Assembly (NCBI RefSeq): GCF_037042905.1
Contig: NC_087245.1
Coordinates: forward strand, 23,314,001-23,378,000
DNA from: Lytechinus pictus
Lineage: Eukaryota
Length of the DNA stretch: 64,000 nucleotides
Direction of reading: 5' to 3'
Part shown: positions 33,714 to 49,245 of the stretch, in pieces
Numbering within the stretch: the first letter of the stretch is position 1
Layout of the letters: each line of letters begins with the position of its first letter
Position numbers and translations under genes: made by a program
Notes under the pieces: model-generated
Database searches by the model: none
The model's input: the letters and a program-made list of their open reading frames with translations, nothing else
What the model was told of the DNA's origin: nothing

Positions 33714-36700
33714 CTTCTAAGGGCCATGTTTCTGCATATTCTTTGGGACTGATATTGAATCAGAAACTCCCTTTTCTCTTATTTTTTATTTCCCCCTTTT
33801 AGCTATTTTTCTTTTCACATACTTTTTTTGGTTAAAATTGCAATTTCCTTGATGAGTGTGGCCGACCATTAGATTTTCAAGAAGAATAAACGTCCATTGA
33901 GATTTATACAAAGTATTTAGGACGATCGTCACGTCATTCAACTGTGCTCTACATTCGAGGTAAAAAGAATCAACACCAGTAACGATTATTTTTTATGGCT
34001 TCTTTTGTTAGGGCTTCTAGGGAGGAATCACTTCATTTGATTCACTATAAAAATATTTTGAATGAAATGTTAAAGATGCATTGAAACGAGGTCATGATGA
34101 TAAAGAGATCGCATTATGTCTTTTGAAAATACATTCATTTGTTTACAAAAATAAATGTGTTTACCAAAATAAAGGTAAATGTTCGAGGGTGGTTTGTGTA
34201 CGGGCATAAACAACGAAATGAGAGAAAGTAATAAAAACATGAATTAAAGAAAGGGATAGGGGAGGAAGGGAACATGGGAGTAGGGTGGGGGAGTCAAGTT
34301 GCCGTTTTCTCTCTAAGCACTGCAAAAAAAAATCCGGGAAGGGGAATAGTTTACAGGAACTGCTTACCGATACGTTTGCTCTTCAATTAATTTTCAAATA
34401 TAAATCACCAAGTTGAAAACTCTAAAACAATTTGATGTTCTAATGGCTTTCAATACTAAACAGAATTAAAGAAGACATTTCTTGTTTGATTACAATGTAA
34501 ACTTATGTAGGCCTGTGTCCTGATCCATAATGTCTCTGTACAATTATTCTGCAAACTGTTTCCGCTAGATGTCCAGAACTGCTTCAATTCCAGATAAATA
34601 TTATATACAATCATGACGAGGTCTGCCTTTCAGCAGGACTGTTCATATTGTGGATCTACCAAAGAACATGAAATGTTTACATCATATAGTGCAAGGTTGT
34701 ATTTGATAAACTTTGAGGAACCACATTTTTGGAATTCTTAATAATCTGAACACATCCATTTCTTGACAGGTAAATAAGATCTTTGGGACGAATGTAATTC
34801 TGAGTATCGCCGGCGTGCTCCGCAGAGCTTTGGGTAGTTTATTTTGGCGGGAAAGATTACACCAAGTAAATACCAAAAAGATTCTTGACTCGGTCGCTGC
34901 CTGCCCTCGGGGATGAATACTCGAAAGAGTGGTGCGAGTGAGATGGCAGCGCTTATGTCTGGGTATGGTAATACTTGTATAGGTATGACATGACCATGAA
35001 ATTAACATTATGAGAGAGGGAGAGAGAGGGAGAGAGAGAAAGAGAGAAGGATATTATAGGAGAAAACAATTTCCATTGATTTTTTATAGTAAAAATAGGT
35101 GGATTGCATATCAAATTATAATCTAAATATCTCTAACAAAAATAACCCTTAATACTTTTGTTGAATAATGTTATTATACTCGATTTCCTGTTCGAACAAA
35201 AAATCTCATTTTGAGCCCACATTTTCCGACACAATCATATTAAACAAAAATGTAAATCAACACATCTCTGCATTGCGGAAGCTTCGGCGTGTGATAAGGG
35301 GACGAATTTCGTATCAGTTTGTTTGGTACTTGAATTGGTAATCAAATATAGAGATAGGCTCTTCTGGTGAGAGAAGAACTTTGGTATCCATGGTGACCGA
35401 GGAAGAGACAACTCTCTGAACACACTATTTGCAGTGGGATGGAAATGAGTGTGGTTGAGAACAGCGCCGGTGGTGTAAAGATATTCAAGAGGAATAGAGT
35501 CGTTCTAATTTTGTATACCAACTCAGGGGTGACAATGGGGCGACCACCCCCACCCCTAAGATTTTTAAATAGTGAAAAAAAATAGGAGAGAACCAAAGAA
35601 CGAGTAAAAGGGGAATGCAGAAGCACATAAAAAAGGCTGTCTTGCCCCCTGAAAATTTCATGGCTCCGCCCCTGTATATAATTAATGTATTTAGTACATC
35701 AGGACCTGTCATGCACAACTATTAGGCGAGAAAAAATGTATAGTTTCCTTTATCATACATTCTGTGGTGTTACATGGAAAGATAAATTTAGTATGACGGT
35801 ATCACACGATACTTGAGTATCTAGACTCAATTTGTAGAGGTCATATTGAGTAGAATTTTTAGAAATAAATTTCATAACTCCTAGGACTATCGGATTTCGT
35901 TGGATTTGTAATATAAAGAGGTAAACGCCACTTAAGAGTAACAATTGAATTCATCTCTCCTCTGACCATAAACATGAGTACCTGCCTCCGTGACCATATC
36001 GAATGCATAATGGAATACGAGCTTTCTTTACATCTCTTCAAAAGGCAACCACCAACCTTGTTGGAGCACTCGACATGGTAATCATATTTGATATACCTGT
36101 ATCCTGTTTCTTTATGATTGTAATATCCATCCAATATATGCCCCTATAACGCAGACCCTTATCCTCCCCTTTTTTTCATCAGATCAATTATATTCATATA
36201 TATATTCTATGAATAATTCAACACGATCTCGAGGAAAAAAATTACCGGTGTCTAATCACATTACACCGAGGCAAGGTTATACCAATTCCGAATAGAAAAG
36301 TGAATGACAGTGATGGTATGTGAGCGAAATGAAACAAGCTACATCCTTGTGCTATGCCCGAGATGGAATTAAATTTCCATGATCGGTTGGGGATTCTGTT
36401 CAATTTGTGGGGATATCAATATTGACATGTGGCAATATTTTTTATATCAGCTTTTCGGGAGAACGAATTTTCAAGAAAAGGCACATATTTGCTGATATCG
36501 TTAAATGAAAATGAATTTCCTTCAGTTGTAAGCCAATATATAGTACAGGATTTCATATACAAACCAGTGGTACAATTTAAGATGAATCTCACCACTTGCT
36601 GAAAATAATACAATGATTCTTAATTATATCATAGAACTCGTTAAGATGTGATGACTACTGCATAAAATGCTCAGTGAAACATCATTATGCTGTATAATAC

Positions 36701-39644
36701 GCCCTATGTCCATTCCATTCTGTTATATAGGCCTATGTGTATCTTTCACTCTTTTGTCCAGTTTATCCACACACCTCCCTTGCAGTACGTTTGTTAATCT
36801 TCACAACAATTTCTATCCTACAACTCCTTCACCCAAAACTCTTTGACATCTCGACCCCCCTCTTTTTCAATTAAATAATAATTCCAGCCTCAAGTGTAAC
36901 TCTGCACAAAGAATAACATCCGAGAAGTGAAAAGAGGTTGAGCCTTTATAAGGAACAACGACAGGATCAATTCTATTTAAAGAGAAGGAGAAATCAATGG
37001 TTTAAGAGGCCCGCTCACTCTAAAGAATAAGAGAGGACACGCTGGATTTGAGTGTAACTGTTTTTTGAAGACAGTTATATGTATAACTTAAGATATCGAG
37101 TGTAAATGCGAATAGCGTATGTGGAAGAGAAAGAGAAAACGGAGGTTTTCGGCACTTGTTTTGCTCTAGTTCTCTATCAGTTTGCAAGTTTACACAAAGC
37201 ACAACGTATAGAATTAAGTGAAACGGCGTCACGAATGTGTGAATGCGTCTGCATTATAAATGTTATGAAATATGCGTTCAAAAAATTATATGTAAATGAA
37301 ATACGTATAAAACCGCCCAATGAGTAAATAAAAATCAAATCAGAAGAACTTCCAAGGAAGTTGGGAAGAAGAAGCCATGAATGTCTTGATTTCTACCCGT
37401 TTTCACAACTTGCAAGGATGATTTTTTTCCCCCTTCATGATACTGTTGATAACAGTTCCAAAGGCAATGAACTTTATTTCTCACAGCGGGTCAAGAAAGC
37501 AATTTACCTTCTATCAACGATTCATAATAGAATTCCTCGAGGGATCTCGAAAGAAAACAGACTTAAAATGTCCTCTCGATACTTCCATCTCACGTAGGTG
37601 ATTCCCGTGATTAGCAAGTAACTGTTTTTTTTTTAAAGGTAAGGCATGAACAGTATGATAAATTTATAAATTTAATCTCGGAGAAATAGCAGGGAATGTT
37701 AAGCAATATCTATGTATGGACTTGTACACCATGTAGTCCTAGAACCTAACTGGTTTACATAATATTGATGATAATGGTTGAAAAGTGAGCATGCAAGTTT
37801 GTCTATAAAATTATACCAAAGACTGTGTAGAATTTACTTAACGTTGCCTCAAAATTTACTGATAAAACATGACAATACTCTTTGTTGCAATATCCATGGT
37901 AAAACATGTATTTTACATAATCTTAAACTTCATCCATGCAATAGAGATACCAAATCAATGTTTCAACCAAGAAACAGGAATGCATCCGTTTGTCTCAACT
38001 CTCGATTTTTTAAAACATTTTTTTTAGAGTGCAGAGTATGCCAGGAAAACAATATGTGTATAAAGTATTGAGATATCAGTTTGCGTTTGTAATACCATGT
38101 AACCCAGAAGGAATCGTCAGGTTTATCATGATGTCCCTTTTCTATGACAACGTTGTTGTTTGACAAATGTTGTTATTGTTTACAACAATTAATAATGGAT
38201 GCAGTCATGGCGCTACTTGACCATACATGCGTTTTATGAACAAGGGGAATCACATATATTGAAAATGGAAATATAATGGCATCTGGATATGGCTTCAACA
38301 AAAGAAAAAGTATAACCCTCATGATGTCTGTGTAAATTTGTATTATTTTCTTGACTGCAGTTCAAACTTGCTGATCAGAATACAGTGCATGCTATTTATT
38401 TGCTAATCCTCTGTCCCGATCGAACTCAATTGTGACCCATTAGATCCCGAGCAAATCGCTTTTAACGGTCTGTAAGACCAGATCAAAACATGCATCGATT
38501 GAACAGGTTTTCTAAAGTGAATCCGAACGGGGATGTTTGAAAAGGTTTATGAGAGTATTTACAGTTATACCACGCCCCGTCGATCCCTACGTGTCATGAA
38601 AGATTATAGGTCTATAGACCTATACTGAAGATGGATTTAAAAAAAAAACATGGAGCAAATTTGGATGTACCTCGTGAAAACGTTTCATACCCTCAACTAT
38701 ACATTTTTAACAATCATATTCAAGCTGGTTTTCAATTTGTGGATAGGAGTAGCCCGGGGTATTTGAATCATAGTGGTGATATAGGGTTGACGACCCAGGC
38801 TCTCAATCTTTTTTTTTTCTCTTAACTACCAATTTCAGTACTTGAAAAATCATATGATTATAGGGTTGGGGTGATCGACGCCCCCTGCTTAGGTATATGG
38901 GTGATGTTAAAATGCCCGGAGATAACCATAACTGACAAAAATAATGTTTGAAATTCTTCAGTACTATCATACGAATACGATCAGACGATGGTCGGTGTCT
39001 TAAGTCGATCAATGCTCAGGCAAAAACTAGGGTCCTATAAGACATGCTAGAGTATAAAAATAATTGATAAAATATTTATAGACAATGGTAGACTGATAAA
39101 TGTACAACACGAGTTTACATGCTGACTTCGCAGCTAAAAGTAAACAAAAAAAATAAGGTTTCTCAGCAAATAATACAAATACAAGTGATTAATTTCGCGA
39201 GTATAGGGTAAGTATTGTGTTCTATTTATACGGTCAGGTTTTAAAAGATTCAGTCTACTGTGCAAACTATTGAAACATTATTAGATTCTCGAATCAATAA
39301 AAGTGTCGTATTTACCCGAGGCGTATCGGTTAGAACACTTTCCTCGCCACTCTCAGCTCGAACAAAAAGGCGGGAGGGGAAAGCAGAACTTTAAAGGGAG
39401 TATCCATGATTTTCGATTGCCTGAATATTGATTTTCCCAAAAGTTTATTTAACAATGGAAAATCAAAGATGAAAAGCAAATCTACAATTTTGTTTCTGAC
39501 GTTACAACATAAAGCCCATTTTGAGTGTAGAGAAACACATCAAGTTACATGCTGAAAAGCAAAAACAAGCCAAAGGAAATCAAACCAGAGCATTTCTATA
39601 TCAGAAGGAGACCATTTTCTTGAGAAAAGGCCGATAAATTCTTA

Positions 39645-39858
39645 CACTCTTAAAATAGTAAAACATGCCAAATTTTTGACCAACCCTGGGCAATATACAA
39701 CTATTGCATGGTTGAAATCTGCCAAAATTAGGTAATATAAACTAATAATTGGGCAATTAATTTGCTTAATTGGATAATAATTGCCCAGAATATATACTTT
39801 TTACCAACATACATCACCCAATACAGTGGACAGTATGTTGCCCAACATTTTAAGTGTG
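39645..39858. mobile_element. CAC...GTG MITE with TA TSD (EnSpm/CACTA-like)
   Basis: TA|CACTCTTAAAA ... TTTTAAGTGTG|TA; shares GTGGACAGTATGYTGCCCAACATTTT with 55213..55372. Confidence 0.65.
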
Positions 39859-40897
39859 TACCTGGAAAACCGCCATAAGATGGATCGTATGTTCGGACAT
39901 GCCACAAAAAGAGCCGCCATACTCATGAACATAATGGCACCAAACCATTTTTTTTTCAATAGTACTCGTAACATATGTCTTTAAGATTTCAAGATGTATG
40001 TTTTCCTGTTTTTACATCAAGAGGATTTGTGAATGAAAAGAGCCGATTAAAGTGGTCTTTAACAGTTCACACTCATCACTCAACCACATATAATCCTATT
40101 TATTTTGCCCAACCCTTCGTAGTTACAGCTCTATAAAGTCTTCTAACGTGAGAAAGGTGATCAAAGAGACCCTATCCCAGCCGGTAAAGATTCTAGATCA
40201 CATTGTACATATACATGTATAACAAAAGAATGACATGAATATCAAAAGAATGAATAGTTAGTATCTGGAAAGATTGTACAATCTCTTGACAGTATAAAAA
40301 AAGTGAAAAGGGGGAAAAATTTAGACAGTATCGTGTTCTTCATTCCCTGTAAAGGATCTCTGTTAGTTTTCTTGCTGGCCCGATTATAAAATTTCAATTC
40401 GTTTTAAAATGTCCGTTTAAAAGGAATTCTGTAAAATTGCAACGAAATTGTGATTCACCAAAATAATGTACACCTAAAATGCAGAATTCGTAACGGAATA
40501 CACCCAAATTATAATTTAGGTGTATGAAAATAATAATTACACATGCATACAAGAATATCTATCATATATAATAGAAATTCTCCTATGCATGTCTAATTAT
40601 TATCCTTTCATAAAGCTAGTTTTCTGTTTATTTGTTATGTGAACACGATAATTTTTATCTGTTCGGAGATTTCTTTCTTATATACCTTTTTAAAATACTG
40701 TTTTCTATTGAGCATGGTATATTCCATTAATCTATCAAGAATGCATTAAGGTACAGGAGATGATTCGTGATCTAGGACGCTCTTATTTTTGGTATTGAGG
40801 AGTCCATCGACCTCTGGATGACCTCCATCTCACTCGGGAAGCCCTCGGTGATGTTGACAGGTCGGGTCCAAAGGTATCCCATTCTAATGAGTCTTGT

Positions 40898-41160
40898 AAT
40901 GATGGTGATGATGACGGTTGGATGGTGGTAGTGATGATGATGGTGATACAAATGATGATGATAACAATGATGATGATGATGATGGTGATGATGATGGTGA
41001 TGATGATGGTGATGATGATAACGACGATGATGGTGACGATGATGATGATGATAATGATGATGATGATGTTGATACCAATGATGATGATGGTGACGGTGAT
41101 GATGGTGATAGTGATACCAATGGTGATGATGATGATGATGATGATGAATATTATGATGTT
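40898..41160. repeat. (GAT)n imperfect microsatellite
   Basis: Direct inspection. A further GAT/CAT low-complexity tract extends to about 41560. Confidence 0.95.
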
Positions 41161-44149
41161 GGTAGCACGTGAGATTGTGTTGATCGTGATGACATTGCTA
41201 GCTAAGAAATATGTTTGTATGAGAGTTGGTAACAAAGTAACAATGACGAAGACGGTTTGCTGGTAACAAAAACGATGACCAAGACAGTCGTGAGCGAATA
41301 ATGGTGTATTTATAGGAGTAGTAAAAGTATGATGATGATCATGATAAAACATCATCATCATCATCATCATCACGATCATGATGATCAAGATCATGATGAT
41401 GGTGATGTTGATAGATACGCAGATGGAGATGGGTATTGATGGTGGCAGAGGAAATGATAAATATCATAATGATGATGATCACGATCATGATAATTGCTGT
41501 CATGATTATGGAGGTGATGATGATTATGATAGCTGTGGTGGAGATGGTGATAGGGGTTATGGTGTTAGTGAAGGTAATGCTGATGATATGGAATTAGACG
41601 TTGGTATCATCAATGAAGGCAGCTTTCTAGATCATATCGATGATTATTCCGGATATCAATTTGGTACAGACCCAATTAGCGTTCTGAGTGATGGCAGTAA
41701 TTAACAGCGTTGATGATGGTATCTCGGAGTCAATCTAATTTACTAACTTAGCATATGTGCATACAATACTCTTTCAACTACAATTTACACTGTCGTATCT
41801 CCATATTCACTTAGATACATGTACGCTGGTAAAGTCCATAAACGTATAACTGTATTTAAAGATGAAAAATGGAAACAAAAACATATCATAATGAATTGCC
41901 ATTAAAAAGCTGCCCACGACAAAACTTCTCATATGAAATATTTGTAAATACTATGTGCTCCCCGCAATCCCTTTCGATACCATTGTGGAATATTCATAAC
42001 ATTCATCCCCATCTAGGAGTTCATTACCAAAACGCATTTTGAAATAAAGTCGATATCAGCAGGTGCTTTTGAATTAATATAGATCAATAATATAACCAGC
42101 ATTCCATCTAAAGGTGGCATGTGGTAACGTAATCATATGCAGATTTATGTTTGTTATCGGGAACTAGAATGCAGTTAATGAAGAACACCTGTTTTGTCTT
42201 TCATAGAGTTAACGGGTTAAAATGATTTGTCTTCGAACCAAAATAATCATTATACATTCTGCTCTCAGTTATGTAAATATATCAATATGAAATGACTATT
42301 CATATTTTTAAATGACAAAGGTACGAACTGAATTGGAATAGTTATAATTCCTGGCAATAATGATCAACGTATAGGGGTAAACACAGGTTTCGTAAACAGA
42401 TTAATGCAAGTGGATTCCTAACAAAATACATTAAAGGGAGAAAACTGAATATGACTAAATTGATAAGAAATGAATCCATCTATATGGCAAAAGCGCAAAA
42501 GCCACTGCAAACAGTTACACACACCAACACGCGCGAAACACACGCACACCCTCACCCTCACCATGACGCACACGCTTGGGAGTACTGAATAAAGACTCCG
42601 AAGAGTGTGTTTAAATACCAATCTGTTCAATGTATTTATTCCAATACTAAATTCGGTGACAAGAAAATTAATTCTAGCAGAGACATGGCTATTCAGTGCT
42701 TCAATGACCAAATTGCAAATAACAAGCAAAATGTGTTAAGAAGAGATAAAGCTTATAAGCATTTTTTTTCCTGTATAAATATACACCTCATTGAATGTTT
42801 AAAATAAACTTCATCCCATAGTTTGAGGTAAAATGTCTGGATATGTGTAGTATGTTTCCCTTAATAATGTGTATAGATGCTCGTTTTATTTCATCCATTT
42901 TATCGTTGTTATTATTATTATTACTATCATTATCGTCATCATTGTGCTTACATCCTTACTGAACATGCTGAAAGTGAGCGTGTGCGTCTTGGACAATCAC
43001 AGATTACACATGCTATACAGGACAAACTGGTAACACAGCTAGTTATACGTCATAGCACGGCGATATGGACCTAACTCGCTATATGACGTGGATAAATGTC
43101 AAGTATTTGAAGAGACATATCTTGGACTTCATCGAGCTTGACAGACAAGAGAGTAAAATTGAGGTCATAACGCCATTCGATATGAATGGGCGTACCGGCA
43201 ACACGCAGAGCCTTGCTCCTGACTATTGGAACTATTAAAACTTTTAGCCTGAGACATATATATGACCACGGAGATCCTCTTTGCAACTTTTGGGCATGCT
43301 CCTCAAGCACTCTGTAACATGGCTGATTATACGGCACAATTTTCATCACTATCACAATACCAGTCTCGTTTCCAATACATTTCTGGGTTCCATATCATAA
43401 AGGTTATCGGTGCTAACTTGTATATAAGCTTTGACGATTTCAGTGAAATCCTCTTTTTTGTTGTTTAATTTACTGAGAAATACCGGTCTCTGACTGTTAC
43501 TGTAGTAACCAACTTTCAGCTAAACACAAATCATCAGTACTGACAAGCTTCATAAAATGGCGCCAAGATTTAGTTTTACACCGCTTGTAAAACTAATGTT
43601 GCCCTACGTCTGCAAGAAACCACTGATCGTGTTGTACGATATCGTTCTTGTAAGAGCATTACCTTTCAAAATGTTTGAAATATCTGCTTTTATCGAACAT
43701 GTCAGAATAAATGATGATAAAAAAGCACACAACTCAAAGTTATTCATCCTTGTTTATACTTTATCTTACGAGGGAGTCGGTAGAGTTTGATTAACTGATA
43801 CGCGCTACGGAGTATGAGCGAAAATGGACAATCACCCCTGTGGATATTACTTAGAATAAAAATATTAAATATCTCAACAGCTCAAAGCAGAAAGTGGCCG
43901 GTGTGTCAATTTTGATGGAAATCACAGATTGAGGAATCCAGAGTAGAGCAGAATCTACATAGGTCCATGACCTAACAAAGCATATATTTCGGTATGTGAA
44001 AAAAGGTGTATCATCTTTTTGATGTAATTACAAGTTGTAACCTCGCTCTACATCAGATTCTCCGTGTAGAATGATATGGAAAAATTGGCATTAATGCCTT
44101 GAATCAATTTAAAGTCTATTGAACATTTACGACCCTTCATTGTATTAGA

Positions 44150-46600
44150 ATTCTAAAGAAACACGCTGTAAATGAATATGATGTCGACTAGAGTATTGAA
44201 ATTATTCCTTTCATGACCATTGAATTGTTTTTAGAGGGAATAGAATAGACATTTCCCGTCAAATATTTTTTAAAGACAAGCGAAAATACTTTCTATCAGT
44301 AACTTTTAAACAGTATCTCAAAGGAAAATAAACAGTCACTTTTAGGTGACTTTAATATGAATGTTCTTCGCTACAAAATAAATTCTTCTGTTAATGATTT
44401 TGTTGATACTCTGGCTACTTTTTCCTTTTATCCACAAAGAGTAAAACTAACAATTACTCTTACAACAACGACCGCATTAGACAACATTATATACAATATC
44501 CCAGAAAAGGATACTAGTATTAAGTCAGGTATACTCATTGTAAATATCAGTGACCACCTATCTCCATTCATCATTTTACCTCGAAATAATATATTCTAAT
44601 AATAGCATCAGTTGTTAACAAGGACATGAAAGCCGAAAGTATACTGATGCAAATTTATATCTATTCTGTAACAAACTACAAGCTACTAACTGGTAATTTT
44701 TAGAAAACGTAAAAGATGCAAACAAGCAATTTGAACTGTTTGGCATATGTAATCAAAACTTCATGATAGTTTCCCTATAAAAAAAAAAAAAAACAATACT
44801 GCAAAAGAGATAAACCTTTGCTCACGAAATCATTGAAGAAAGTGTGCAAAAAGAAGAATTCATTGTTTAAAAATATGTAATAAATACTACCGTATCTAAT
44901 AATATGAATTATGAATAAAGAGATGAATGAAATAAGATATGCATAGCGTAAATACTTCGATGACAAATTTCAGCATTTGAAAATAATCATAAAGCCACTT
45001 GAAAATTCATCAATGAAATACTAAATAGAAAAGCCAAAAGTCAGAATATTAAGAACATAAACTGCGATGGAAATTGTACCAGTAATGCTCCTACAATTGC
45101 TGAATCCTTTAATACAATTTTCACTTCTGTTAGCAGTACCGTACACAATAAAATTGCGGAAAATGCCGATTGTATGCATGAGCACATGTAATACTTTAAA
45201 GTTAACTATGTAAACTGAATGTTTTTCACTGATATTACAGGAAATGATATTTTTGAAGACTGTATTGAAATTACAGTTAAAAGTCTTGGATATGACGGCT
45301 TTAATACTAAACTAATTAAGTCATCTATCCATTTTATTATTCGCCCCTGTATGTTATTATAAAAAAAATCCTTAGAATCGGGTGTCTTCCCGATAGCCTT
45401 AAAACTGCAAGGGTTACTCTTGTTTAAAAAAAAGTGGCGACACAGATATCTTGAATAATAATCGCCCTATTTCGGTATTGAGTGTATTTAGTAAATATTT
45501 GAGAAAAAAATTGCTTGTGAAAAATTAATGTCATTTTAAAGAAATGTTGATATTTCATCTCCGAAGTAATATGGATTTAGACAAGCTAGGATAGGAAACA
45601 AATTTAGTATTCGTTGAGCTTGTTGACAAATAAGCAAAATCTTTTGAACAGAATAAAACAACTTTTGGGATATTGTTTGACGTTTCGAAGGCCTTCAATT
45701 GCATGGACAATCGAATTCTACTTAATGAATTATATTCTCATGATTCTTATGACATTAGAGGATTAGGTCTTAACTGGTTTAAACGTTATTTATCAAACCG
45801 AAAACATTATGTTGCAAATGGAAATAGTAAGCCTTCACCAAAGACTATTATTACCGGAATTCCTCAAGGTTCAATACTAGGGTCAGTGTTATTTCTAATA
45901 TATATCAACGACCTTCGAAATGTTAGTACAGATACATCAGTGATATAGTTTGCTGATGACACTAGTTTCTTCCTGTCAGGCAAAAACATTCAATTAATAA
46001 AAAATAACTTACAGAATGAGTTGAAAATTTAAGAATAATGTTTTTTAATGTAATAATTACAAATCAATGCTTAAAAAAGACTTCTTACGTTATATTCCAC
46101 AGAAAAGGCAAATCCATCAACTGTGATTATGCAATTAATGATAAATAACGAGATAAACAAGAAAATGCTGTGAAATTTCTTGGCATATTGATAGACTCAC
46201 AATTAACTTGGAAAGATCATGTCAGCTGTATTTCAGAGAAAAATAAATATCAAGATTTACTGGAGCATTATACAGAGTAAGCTTAGGGATCTCCTTCCAT
46301 TGAGGATCCTTGTTAATTTATATTATTCGATGATTTTCTCGCATCTTACTTATGGTATAACTGTATGGGGACAAGGTCATAGATAACTTTTCCAAAGATT
46401 TTTCTAACTTCAAAAACAGTCTATCCGCATTATAACAAACTCAAATTATTATGCTCACTCCGAACCATTATCTAAAAATAACCCTCCCAATTATCCCTTT
46501 GAATGACCTATAAGTTCCACATTGTATTCTATTATACATAATGTACTCCCTCTCTCATTGAATGAGTATTTCCTCTACAATTATAACATGAATTTATATA
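44150..46600 (+). mobile_element. Decayed non-LTR retrotransposon (CR1-group LINE) ORF2: APE endonuclease plus reverse transcriptase
   Basis: Fragmented motifs in order: GDFNM (about 44345), SDHL (about 44550), RPISVL (about 45462), YGFR, DVSKAFN, GIPQGSILG, FADDT (about 45949), KFLGI, YGITVWG, LQKQSIRIIT. Many stops and frameshifts. Confidence 0.9.
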
Positions 46601-49245
46601 ACTGCATAAATTCTAAAGACCTATCCCACTTTTTAAATATGGTGTTTCCAGAGCAAGTATATGATATCAAGGGAAAGTCTGATTGACATGTCTAAGGGCA
46701 GTGTCAAAGGTCACAGGAATATTGATTTCACTGCCAAAACGGATTATTTCTCCTCACTTATTTCGCTTTTGCTTGTTTCTATAGAATGAAAGGAGTTTCT
46801 AATAAATCTTAATAAGTGTTACTTTTTGGGAGCAATATTATCACTGCCCTTAATATGAAAAAGCTAAAATATTAAAGAATGGGTGATTTTGGATATTCTT
46901 TATTTAGAATAATGTTCACCTCATGCGGTGTCAGACGCATGCATCATTCAGATGCGACGAACATCATTTTGAATTGAAATAACACCAAACAGTTGTTCAT
47001 CCAGTCCTGATTGATTTAATTAACTGTGTTTAACGTCATTGCACAGCTATATCGAGCTCTCTTCGAGCTACGTGCTGCACACTAGACACGAAGATATCAT
47101 TAATTCACCACCAGTACACCATCTTTACAAACATCATCAACATGAAAAGGGGTTCACCTGCCCTCATTTAACATGCATAACAAAAACAATTTCCTTTACA
47201 AACACTATTTAGTTAATACACGAGCAACTACTGCTCCTCTTGAAATAGTTGATTTAAAAGTGGTAATAGTATGCTCTCGGAAATATGAATAGAAACAAAC
47301 TTCTTATTAAGTAATGTGATATAATATCTTATTTAACACCACGACTTACCGTTTCGTGAACAACCAATCATCTACAGTTTCTCCAAACGTATCCTATCAG
47401 GAAAGTTTAATTGAATCCCGCCGCCGCCAAATTCTCGTGGTTCAGAAGAACACCATCGAAGCTGTCTTTCTGGCGAAGGTGAAGAAATAAAACTGAAATG
47501 GAGAAACAAGTTTCTTTTTTACTGGTTTATTGTCGTTCCGATTCAACTTCTGGAATAGATTTAGGCAAACTAATGCCAACTGACCGTTGGGCACTTATTC
47601 ACACATCTAGGTTAAAAGGATGTTTACATCCGAAATAGGAATGTTGATTATTACACGCTGAGTAACGACTCGCAGAGAGTTATCTAAGGAAGAAAGTCTT
47701 CGAAGACGGATAACCTCAAAAGCTCCAGCCTTTCTCCGGACAACAATGCCCTTTCCTTCTTTATTTTCACAAGCCCTCTTTAAAAATTACGGCGGCTTTT
47801 TTCTGTACGTGACCATCTGATTCGATGTTTTAATATCGGGTTAGATGATGTACTATACTAGATGCTTATGCATCTGGTAGCTTAGTTCACGGTGACCGGG
47901 ACTCCAACGTCACCGCCAGCATCCAAAGTCGTCAACTGAAAAGGGGACCAGTAATTACATTACCTGAAAGTCGGATTCAACGGCTAATGAACGCACTTTA
48001 AGTTGGTACTGCTGGAGTGCGAAAGCCAACGGACGATCGCCGCGTAAAGCTAATGAGGAACTTGGTATGGGGTCCACACGAACAAGAACTACCGCGGTCT
48101 TTTTTTTTGTATGAGTTGGTTGCTGCTTCGCCGCTGATCTCTTGGGTATCGTTGCAAGAGGGCGTTTTTATATAAACGGCAAAATACTCTATTTAGTGAG
48201 ACTTAAAGCAACTTTACTTTATTTGATTTCTTAGCGAGAATTTGCAGTTACCGTTGTCTGCTCATAATCACTGCTATTTTCCTTCACTATAATAGTTAGT
48301 TAAACATGTTCAAAATAAACAAAAATTCTTGCACAGATTGAACAATACTTGATGATAATTTCGTCAAATGTGTTTAACTCTCCATATATTTTTAGTTGGA
48401 AATAATTACATTCACAAAACACACTCGATTATCATTACATTTTAAAGTGTTCATTACAGTCTTTAAAGTTCGCACAATAATCACACACTGATAAAAGAAG
48501 AGTTGAATTTATCTTGTTTATTATAACTTTGTTTTCATTTATGATAAAATAATTTTCACTTCTGATAAAAATGATCCAAAGGACCTACGTTCATAATATA
48601 CCATGAACAAACTACTTTATAACATATAACGTTTGACAAATGAAATACAATAAGTTTAAAACCAATAATGTCACCTAGAACACATCCGTTCATTAAGGTT
48701 AACGCAATTCATGCAACATAAAAAAAAAATTGACATATCATATGACAGATTTTTTATTGATTAAAAAAAGTAAACCTGTTCAATTATAGAATAAAACACC
48801 AAACAAAATACTCACAGATTTAAAATTACAACTTACCGAAATAATGTCAATTTCAACTGCGTATTGTTGAATATTGATGACGCTCAATTATGACCTAGCA
48901 TGATAAAAACGTATTCTGACGGCTGGATTTTGTTTTACATGTTGATAAACATTGATCGTATTCTTCAATCTGAAGACAGTCTTTAACCCCACAAATGTGA
49001 TTAAGGCTCATCAGACCAGAAAGGTGAATCACTGTGTTTCCATTCATAAAACTTTGATAGTTATTCCCGTACATGTATACAGTATAAATGTGAACTGAAG
49101 AACGTTTCTTTTAAAAGTCCCCACATCCCATTCTGAAGAGGAAATCATCTGTGATTATTATGAGCATGCAGATGCCACAATACATATGGGCGCAAAGTTT
49201 AGGTTCAGCACAATTTAACAATATCATAACAAAACAAGACTTCTG

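Noticed and set aside
34630..34720. CSYCGS...LHHIVQGC zinc-knuckle-like remnant of a LINE
   Set aside because: Needs a frameshift, and no adjacent RT motifs were recognised; too weak to annotate.
40783..41704. Long ORFs rich in Ile, Met, Asp or Ser
   Set aside because: Translations of the (GAT/CAT)n microsatellite, open in several frames on both strands; no splice or domain support.
43065..43238. 57-aa plus-strand small ORF (MDLTRYMTW...)
   Set aside because: No recognisable motif or splice context; compatible with chance.
45673..45948. Stand-alone reverse transcriptase gene
   Set aside because: Fragment of the heavily decayed LINE, with a stop just before FADDT.
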